IMG/VR virus record: IMGVR_UViG_3300042879_002476
Location: 2,391-66,390 of that record
Source: a virus
Length of the DNA: 64,000 bases
Direction: 5' to 3' (one strand)
The translations under genes and the position numbers were made by a program. The stretch's first letter is position 1. Every line of letters begins with the position of its first letter. This document shows positions 57,443 to 64,000 of the stretch, piece by piece. A model generated the notes under the pieces. The model worked only from the letters and a program-made list of their open reading frames with translations, had not been told where the DNA came from and did no database searches.

Positions 57443-59464
57443 ATGCCAATATTCTATATAGACTCAGGCAGTTTTAATAATTTGCAAGTAACTGGTAGCT
57501 TACTAGTAACGGGTGAAATATTTGGTACCTCGAGTTTGGCAACTACAAGTAGTCATGCTTTAACAGCATCATTTGCTCCAAATTATGTTTTAACCAGTGC
57601 AACGAGTTCGTTTATACAAAATAATCAAACTAGTTCTTTTTACACAGGATCTTTTACTGGTTCATTTACAGGAAGTCTACAAGGTACCTCAAGTTGGGCA
57701 ACCAACGCTATATCATCATCAAGACCAATAGCTGTAACTGGATCAACTATATATTCAACAGCACCGTTATCAACAGCAACCCCTAGTACTGATAATAATA
57801 TATTTTTAGGTGATGGCGCTGGTAATAATGCATCAGGCTCTTCATATTCAAACTTTATAGGTTACAATGCTGGTCTTAATGCTACTAACGCAGGCGGTTC
57901 TAACTTTTTAGGTCGAGGTGCTGGTTATGGTGCAACAAATGCCAACGATTCTAACTTTTTAGGTTATAACGCTGGTTTAGATGCTACTGACGCAAACATT
58001 TCTAACTTTTTAGGTTATAGAGCTGGTTATGCTGCAACAAACGCATTTGGTTCTAACTTTTTAGGTTATAGTGCCGGTGATGGTGCAACTAATGCATACG
58101 AATCAAACTTTATAGGCCCAAGTGCTGGTGCGTCTGCAACTAATGCCAACGATTCTAACTTTATAGGCCTAAGTGCTGGTGCATCTGCAACTAATGCCAA
58201 CAATTCTAACTTTTTAGGTTTATATGTCGGTACCGGAGCAACAAATGCAAACAATTCAAACTTTTTAGGTTTCTATGCCGGCAACGCAGCAACTGATGCA
58301 TACGAATCAAACTTTATAGGTTTATCTGCCGGCTACGAGGCATTGAACGCCAACAATTCTAACTTTTTAGGTAGTAGTGTCGGTGTGTCTGCAACTAATG
58401 CCAACAATTCTAACTTTTTAGGAAAGAACGCTGGTTTTAATGCTACTAACGCAGGCAATTCTAACTTTTTAGGTAATAATGCTGGTAGTGATGCAACAGA
58501 GGCAAATACATCAAACTTTTTAGGTCCAAATGCTGGAAATGGTGCAGTGAGTGCATCTTATTCTACATTAATTGGATATCAAGCAGGATACACACCAACA
58601 GCCGGTACTAGTGTCAAAAGCAATAATATTATAATAGGTACAAATATTACTTTGCCTACCAATACTCAAGACTCAATCAATTTAGGTGCAATTATATTTG
58701 CAACTGGTTCATATAGTACACTTGCCGGAAATCCATTTTCCGGATCAATGTCCAATGGTAGGGTTGGTATTAATAAAGTAACCCCATCATACACTTTAGA
58801 TGTATCTGGATCTGGAAATTATAGTAATGGATTAAACGTAACTGGCTCATTAAGGACTTCAGGATCTATAGAAGCAACTGTAGGATTAGGTGTAGAAAAT
58901 TATAAATCACCTAATAGATGGGCATTATTATCAACGACGGGATGTCCTTCTGTAACAGGACAATCTCTTACCTCAGGATCAGCAAATAGTATAACAACAA
59001 TATTGGTACCTTTTATAACTAATAAAACTATTACTGTATCATCAATGTCATTTGAATCTACAACTACCCCATCACCTTCTACTGCTTCTGTAGGAATATA
59101 TGCAGCTGATCAAGTAACTTGTAGACCTACAACATTAATCACTTCCATGAGTAATATTCCTATACCATCAAATAGCGTTTACTCAGGATCATTAACAACC
59201 GGGCCAGTAACTCTATCTCCAGGTTTATATTATACAGCTTTTCAGCATAGCGGTAGCGCAACTATAACATTTCGAAGCATACCAACAGCAAATACTATGA
59301 ATATTATAGGATTAACTACTCCCGGAAATTCAACTGTACCTAACTATTATGCTGGTGTTAGAGCAGGTGGACCGGCATCATTACCTGCTTCAACATCATC
59401 ATTCAGCACAATGAATCCTTTAGGCGGACTTAACCCTCCATGTATATGGATGTTAATTAGCTAA
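57443..59464 (+). CDS. Fibre/spike protein with beta-helical tandem repeats
   Basis: TGSF repeats, then 17-aa SNF[LI]GxxAGxxATNAxx repeats, GRVGIN..PSYTLDVSG, globular C-terminus. Confidence 0.75.
   Translation: MPIFYIDSGSFNNLQVTGSLLVTGEIFGTSSLATTSSHALTASFAPNYVLTSATSSFIQNNQTSSFYTGSFTGSFTGSLQGTSSWATNAISSSRPIAVTGSTIYSTAPLSTATPSTDNNIFLGDGAGNNASGSSYSNFIGYNAGLNATNAGGSNFLGRGAGYGATNANDSNFLGYNAGLDATDANISNFLGYRAGYAATNAFGSNFLGYSAGDGATNAYESNFIGPSAGASATNANDSNFIGLSAGASATNANNSNFLGLYVGTGATNANNSNFLGFYAGNAATDAYESNFIGLSAGYEALNANNSNFLGSSVGVSATNANNSNFLGKNAGFNATNAGNSNFLGNNAGSDATEANTSNFLGPNAGNGAVSASYSTLIGYQAGYTPTAGTSVKSNNIIIGTNITLPTNTQDSINLGAIIFATGSYSTLAGNPFSGSMSNGRVGINKVTPSYTLDVSGSGNYSNGLNVTGSLRTSGSIEATVGLGVENYKSPNRWALLSTTGCPSVTGQSLTSGSANSITTILVPFITNKTITVSSMSFESTTTPSPSTASVGIYAADQVTCRPTTLITSMSNIPIPSNSVYSGSLTTGPVTLSPGLYYTAFQHSGSATITFRSIPTANTMNIIGLTTPGNSTVPNYYAGVRAGGPASLPASTSSFSTMNPLGGLNPPCIWMLIS
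57790..58590 (+). repeat. Coding tandem repeat, 51-nt (17-aa) unit, 14 clear plus about 2 degenerate copies
   Basis: Recurring TC[TA]AACTTT[TA]TAGG every 51 nt. Confidence 0.9.
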
Positions 59465-59547
59465 TACCGGATACAATTAATTGTTTTTTGCGGTCAATTA
59501 AATTGCCCCAAACTTAAATTTAGGATATTTATTATAAATATCATTAC

Positions 59548-59970
59548 ATGGCCGATCTAACAATATACATAAATGAGAAAATTACTTTAGATGGTACTGA
59601 AAGGGGAGTATTAACTACTCAAACTATAACAGGTATTAATAATATTGATAATAGAATAATGACCTGTCCTAGCGGATCAACCACTACTATTTTTACAGTA
59701 TCGGATACTCCAACATCTGCAGGGTCATTTGCTACGAGTAGCATTCAATATGCTAGAGTAACTAATAAGTCAATAGTTCCGATACAATTATCTATAGCAT
59801 CTAGTAATCAGAATTTTTGGTTTACTGTAAACACGGGTAATTCGTTTTTAGTATCTACTAAAGCATCGGGTAGTAACTCAACAGATTTTATATTACCGAA
59901 TATTACAAATGTTAGTATAACACCTTCTGGATCATCTGCAACGATTGAATACTTTATAGCGACAACATAA
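59548..59970 (+). CDS. Virion structural protein (beta-rich)
   Basis: 140 aa; QYARVTN...IEYFIA; precedes the neck genes. Confidence 0.6.
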   Translation: MADLTIYINEKITLDGTERGVLTTQTITGINNIDNRIMTCPSGSTTTIFTVSDTPTSAGSFATSSIQYARVTNKSIVPIQLSIASSNQNFWFTVNTGNSFLVSTKASGSNSTDFILPNITNVSITPSGSSATIEYFIATT

Positions 59971-59981
59971 TATAAAAATAC

Positions 59982-61121
59982 ATGAATATTCCTATATACC
60001 CTGGCTCATCATCATTCCAACCTGGAGATACTCCGTTCGGTCTTTATGATTATGATAATCAGTTTCAAACTGATGCCGATAAAGTAGTTACGTTTTGTGC
60101 TAGAAGATTGGGATATCCTATCATGGATGTAGAACTACAAGATGTAAATTTTTACGCTTGCTTTGAGGAAGCCGTTACAGAGTATACAACCCAGGTAAAT
60201 CAATTTAATATTAGAGATCATCTCTTAAGTTTGAGGGGCAACAGTGTATCCTCAGACGTTTCTCAGCGTGTTATTTCTAATAATCTAGGAGCTATAATTG
60301 ATATAGCTGAAAACTATGGAACCGAGGCGGGCAGCGGGGGTAAAATACCATATCGTACCGGTAGCATTCAGGTTAAAGCCGATCAACAAACGTATAATTT
60401 ACAATCGTTAATAGGCGATCAATTACATAACGGTCAAACTATTGAAATTAAAAAGGTATTTCATGAAGGCCCTCCTGCGATAATTAGATATTTTGATCCG
60501 TTCGTAGGTACCGGTATGGGCACGCAGCAATTATTGGATTCATTCGGATGGGGCAATTACACTCCGGCAGTAAATTTTATTATGATGCCTATATATGCAG
60601 ATTTGCTCAGACTTCAAGCAATTGAAATGAATGACCAGATAAGAAAATCTGCATACTCATTTGATTTAATAGGTAATGAATTAAGAATATTTCCTATACC
60701 CAGGCAAGACTACACTATGTGGTTGCATTATATAGTAAAAAATGATAGAAATAATGTATTACAGAGTGCGTCCGGTTCAATGTCAGATTATTCAAATGTT
60801 AGTTATAACAATATACAATATTCTAAAATTAATGATATAGGAAAACATTGGATTAGGGAATATGCTGCGGCGTGTTGCAAAGAAGTATTGGGCAATGTAA
60901 GAAATAAATACTCTACAATACCAGCGCCCGGTGCTGAAGTAACTCTTAACGGTGCTGATTTAATTTCACAGGCGCAAGCTGAAAAAGAAAAATTAATAAC
61001 TCAATTAAGAGAAAATTTAGAACAACTATCTAGAAAAACTTTAATGGCTAATGAGCAAGAGATAGCCGCATCTTTGCAAAATACTATTAAAAACGTACCT
61101 CTTAAAATCTACATTGGATAA
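59982..61121 (+). CDS. gp13: Neck protein (T4 gp13-like)
   Basis: RRLGYPIMDVEL...WIREYA.A..KEVLG..R.KY...G.EVTLNG...AQAEKEKL. Confidence 0.85.
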   Translation: MNIPIYPGSSSFQPGDTPFGLYDYDNQFQTDADKVVTFCARRLGYPIMDVELQDVNFYACFEEAVTEYTTQVNQFNIRDHLLSLRGNSVSSDVSQRVISNNLGAIIDIAENYGTEAGSGGKIPYRTGSIQVKADQQTYNLQSLIGDQLHNGQTIEIKKVFHEGPPAIIRYFDPFVGTGMGTQQLLDSFGWGNYTPAVNFIMMPIYADLLRLQAIEMNDQIRKSAYSFDLIGNELRIFPIPRQDYTMWLHYIVKNDRNNVLQSASGSMSDYSNVSYNNIQYSKINDIGKHWIREYAAACCKEVLGNVRNKYSTIPAPGAEVTLNGADLISQAQAEKEKLITQLRENLEQLSRKTLMANEQEIAASLQNTIKNVPLKIYIG

Positions 61122-61624
61122 TGGCTTTATTTGGCTCCGCTCGCGATATTAGTATGTTTAGACATATCAATAAAGAATTGATAAATGATATCATACAAAC
61201 AGAAGTAGATTTATATGAGTTAAATTTAAGTGAAACCAAATCCAATATCTATGGAGAAAGTTCAAGCAAGAAATCGTACTATGCACCTGTAAGACTTGCT
61301 GCTCTAATATCTAGAGATCCTAACGTAGACGTATCTAGTGAAATGGGCATGGATTCAGAACAGTCTGTTATTTTTGGATTTTTACGTGATGGTACTTTAG
61401 ATGAGCTTAAATTGGTTCCTGAAATAGGTGATATTATAGCATGGGATGAAAGGTATTGGGAAATCGATGCTATTGAAATTAATCAATACGTTATGGGTAG
61501 AAATAATTTAACTAATAAAACTATAGGCACTGAATTTGGCGCTAATTGGAGTTATTTATGTAAAACGCATTTAACTAGAAGAGATAAAATTAATCTTGAA
61601 GAGATTAGATTTGGGGGCAAATAA
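61121..61624 (+). CDS. gp14: Head closure/neck protein (gp14-like)
   Basis: NIYGE...PEIGDII.W..RYWEI; directly follows the gp13-like gene. Confidence 0.7.
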   Translation: MALFGSARDISMFRHINKELINDIIQTEVDLYELNLSETKSNIYGESSSKKSYYAPVRLAALISRDPNVDVSSEMGMDSEQSVIFGFLRDGTLDELKLVPEIGDIIAWDERYWEIDAIEINQYVMGRNNLTNKTIGTEFGANWSYLCKTHLTRRDKINLEEIRFGGK

Positions 61625-62014
61625 ATGGAATTTGATAATAATTTATTTAAAGAATATGTAGTTAATATCATAAAGCATTATGAAAATAGTGGTATTAATA
61701 TACGGCCTTTTCCAAAAGTATCATTAATACGTAACATACAAAACGCCACTAATCCTTTAGGAAGAACCGGATATTATGATTGGCAAAATAAACATATTGT
61801 ATTGTATATTAGTGATAGGCATATAAAAGATATATTAAGAACGTTTTGCCATGAATTAATACATCATAACCAATGCTGCGAAAATGGGGAATTGGATGTC
61901 GATACTACGAATGTAAACGATTCATCGTATTTAAGTGGTTTAGAAGGAGAAGCGTATTTAAAAGGCAATATGCTGTTTAGAAGTTGGGAAGATAATTTTA
62001 AACGTGATCAATAA
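61625..62014 (+). CDS. HExxH metallopeptidase-like protein
   Basis: TGYYD...RHIKDILRTFCHELIHHNQ...EGEAY. Confidence 0.75.
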   Translation: MEFDNNLFKEYVVNIIKHYENSGINIRPFPKVSLIRNIQNATNPLGRTGYYDWQNKHIVLYISDRHIKDILRTFCHELIHHNQCCENGELDVDTTNVNDSSYLSGLEGEAYLKGNMLFRSWEDNFKRDQ

Positions 62015-62865
62015 TGGAACAAAGACCCCGTAAACCTAAAACTCAATATGAAATCTCTACCGGTAAAGAAAATCCGGTAAATAGAGCTTTACAGGTTAGA
62101 AGAGATAATGATAATGTAAAAGATTATAGGGTTAAGTTAGAAGATATTGATACGGCGATTATCTATTATTTAGATAACGTGATACTACCCAATGTAACCG
62201 AAAATGGTTCTGTCTATAAAATACCTGTAATTTACGGTTCTCCGGAAAGATGGAAATCCACTCAAGAAGACGGATATTATAAAGACAGAACAGGTAAAAT
62301 ACAAGTACCGTTAATAATGCTACGCAGAAACGGTATGGTCAAAAATAGAACTTTAGGAAATAAAATTGATGCTAATTATCCTCAGTTGTATCAAACATTT
62401 ACTAAACAATGGAGTAAAAAAAATAGATATTCCGGCTTTTCAATATTAAATAATTATAGTCCTGTTCGAGAACAGTATAATGTAATAATACCTGATTATG
62501 TAGATATAACATATGAGTTTATAGTGTGGACAGACTTTATGGATCAAATGAATAATATTGTAGAAGCAATAAATTATTCGGAAGGGTCATATTGGGGCAT
62601 GCCAGAAAAGTTTAAATTTAGAACAAAAATAGACGATTTCAGTAGCATAACAGATTTAACAGACGGTACTGATAGAATGGTGCGCACTACATTTAATTTA
62701 ACTTTATATGGTTATATAATTTCGGATACTCTAAATAAACAAATAGCACAACAAAATAGAAAAGCGTATACTAATTTTACGGTAAAATTCGGTCAAGAGA
62801 TACAAGGGTCCACCGATATTGGATATTCCAATGGAGTCGATCAAGATCCTGAATTACCACGTTAA
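62014..62865 (+). CDS. gp15: Tail terminator/sheath stabiliser (gp15-like)
   Basis: IPVIYGSPERW...VPLI...PDYVDITYEF...QMNNIVE...FNLTLYGY. Confidence 0.7.
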   Translation: MEQRPRKPKTQYEISTGKENPVNRALQVRRDNDNVKDYRVKLEDIDTAIIYYLDNVILPNVTENGSVYKIPVIYGSPERWKSTQEDGYYKDRTGKIQVPLIMLRRNGMVKNRTLGNKIDANYPQLYQTFTKQWSKKNRYSGFSILNNYSPVREQYNVIIPDYVDITYEFIVWTDFMDQMNNIVEAINYSEGSYWGMPEKFKFRTKIDDFSSITDLTDGTDRMVRTTFNLTLYGYIISDTLNKQIAQQNRKAYTNFTVKFGQEIQGSTDIGYSNGVDQDPELPR

Positions 62866-62891
62866 ATTGTATTGTATGATATATATTTTAT

Positions 62892-63206
62892 ATGAGTACA
62901 ATAAAAAAATTTTTAGAATGGGATCAAACTGAATATCAAATACAATGGGATAATAATCCGTATGTTTGGGAAGATGTAGCCGTATTGATAGAAGTATTAG
63001 ATCAAATAGGGGCTGCCGGCCCAGTTGAAGCATATAAAAAATTAGATAAAAGGAAAAAGAAACGATTAATAACCCTAATTGCTAATGTCAGAGGTGAAGA
63101 ATTTAAAGAAGAAAAATATATTCAAGAGGATATAGATGTAATTATTAAAGATATTGAAATAGTAACCAAAGAGGTATTAGGAATAGAAATAAAAATAAAC
63201 AAATAA
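62892..63206 (+). CDS. Hypothetical protein
   Basis: 104-aa ORF. Confidence 0.6.
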   Translation: MSTIKKFLEWDQTEYQIQWDNNPYVWEDVAVLIEVLDQIGAAGPVEAYKKLDKRKKKRLITLIANVRGEEFKEEKYIQEDIDVIIKDIEIVTKEVLGIEIKINK

Positions 63207-63207
63207 T

Positions 63208-63753
63208 ATGTATACATTTTACACCGATAAGACCGAATTATTTGAATGTAATATCCAATTACAAGGAGCTAAAATTTCTGATTCTAAAGCTAGGTTGATT
63301 TTAGAATCAGATGATTATAATTTAATTTTTTACGGATCAGTGGATAAAAATGGAAAATGTACTATTCCGGTTAAGAAATTAAAATCTGTTTTATCGGAAA
63401 ATACTTCCGGCAATGTTAAATTAGAAGTAATAGCTGAAGATACTTATTTTGAACCGTGGAAAGATACGTTTACGGTAGAAACCAATAAAAAAGTAACTGT
63501 AGAAGTAAAATCTAATACTACTAAACCCAATATAACTGAAAGCGCAACTAAAGTGCAAGTAACAGTTAAAAATAATATATCCCCAATTACTGAAGAAGTT
63601 TTAAAGTTATTTAAGAAAAAGAACGTTACTCTTTTCAATTTAACTGAAAATAAACAGTTATTAAGTACTGTAGGCATCGCGATTTCTAAAAAATATAAAT
63701 TGTCCGATAACGAAATTAAAACTTTAATTGGAAATGTGATACAAAAATTATAA
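63208..63753 (+). CDS. Hypothetical structural-region protein
   Basis: 181-aa ORF, beta-rich N-terminal half. Confidence 0.65.
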   Translation: MYTFYTDKTELFECNIQLQGAKISDSKARLILESDDYNLIFYGSVDKNGKCTIPVKKLKSVLSENTSGNVKLEVIAEDTYFEPWKDTFTVETNKKVTVEVKSNTTKPNITESATKVQVTVKNNISPITEEVLKLFKKKNVTLFNLTENKQLLSTVGIAISKKYKLSDNEIKTLIGNVIQKL

Positions 63754-63765
63754 ATTGGTTCTTAG

Positions 63766-64000
63766 ATGGCAAACGATAATTTAACAGGCCAATTTATAAG
63801 TAGTACCTATAGAAAGCTACTACATCTATCAGATAACGGCAATTATATTACAGATGGTACTGGATCAATAGTCACTTTACCTAGTGCTAACACATCCTCA
63901 CTTTTAACTACTGCTTCTGTAAATTTAAATACTATTACATTTACTAAAGGTGATGGAAGTACATTTCCTATAACTGTAGATACCGGGTCTGGAGGGAGTG
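63766..64000 (+). CDS. 5' part of another fibre-like protein (runs off the window)
   Basis: MANDNLTGQFISSTYRKLLH...ITFTKGDGSTF; N-terminus resembles that of the 53219 fibre. Confidence 0.6.
   Translation, partial: MANDNLTGQFISSTYRKLLHLSDNGNYITDGTGSIVTLPSANTSSLLTTASVNLNTITFTKGDGSTFPITVDTGSGGS

Larger units (their letters stand above)
2798..59533 (+). promoter_or_regulatory. Dispersed late-promoter motif TATTTAT[A/T] (about 20 intergenic copies)
   Basis: Copies starting at 2798, 3826, 6371, 10376, 17212, 20655, 22579, 29151, 34137, 35847, 38050, 41393, 43330, 47357, 50238, 50567, 51325, 53195, 57333 and 59526, each upstream of a + strand start. Confidence 0.75.

Noticed and set aside
57790-58590. 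Possible CRISPR array or DGR variable region
   Set aside because: The period is an in-frame 51 nt with degenerate coding repeats and no unique spacers; no cas or reverse transcriptase gene and no template-repeat copy seen
59533-59540. Canonical T4 late promoter TATAAATA
   Set aside because: Isolated sense-strand instance overlapping a TATTTATT copy; it does not recur upstream of most late genes
154-63677. All minus-strand ORFs in the track and short nested + strand ORFs (16760, 48708)
   Set aside because: They lie within well-supported + strand genes, lack motifs, and are typical antisense or frame shadows
1-64000. Stop-codon reassignment (as in some large phages)
   Set aside because: Core genes are full length in the standard code, coding density is high, and no suppressor tRNA is seen

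Overview
A 64-kb, AT-rich segment of a large T4-like (myovirus-type) bacteriophage genome, with essentially all real genes on the + strand. In order: small early genes, tRNA-Arg, a complete tmRNA, tRNA-Glu, an AAA ATPase, an HD hydrolase and a gp55-like sigma factor (1-6.7 kb); a baseplate module (gp5-like spike with CHAP domain, gp25, gp6, gp7-like, tail-collar-like proteins); an embedded DNA-processing island (T7-endo-I-like nuclease, primase, single-chain Mre11-Rad50); a 1649-aa virion protein; a cluster of probable internal head proteins; terminase, portal, prohead protease, scaffold and major capsid; phoH; fibre genes with tandem repeats; and neck/tail-terminator genes (gp13/14/15). The tmRNA tag (GE...YAVAA) and the lack of Shine-Dalgarno sites suggest a Bacteroidota host. 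Most notable: (1) a candidate capsid cargo-loading and processing system, in which many ORFs share short N-terminal motifs (LK/RxLIREE; RFQxLAN shared with the scaffold C-terminus) and [ILM]xE protease-type sites that separate enzyme domains; (2) a late-promoter motif TATTTAT[A/T], the exact reverse complement of the T4 late promoter, in about 20 intergenic regions; (3) a phage tmRNA with a long 24-aa tag. All calls come from reading motifs by eye; no database searches were run.
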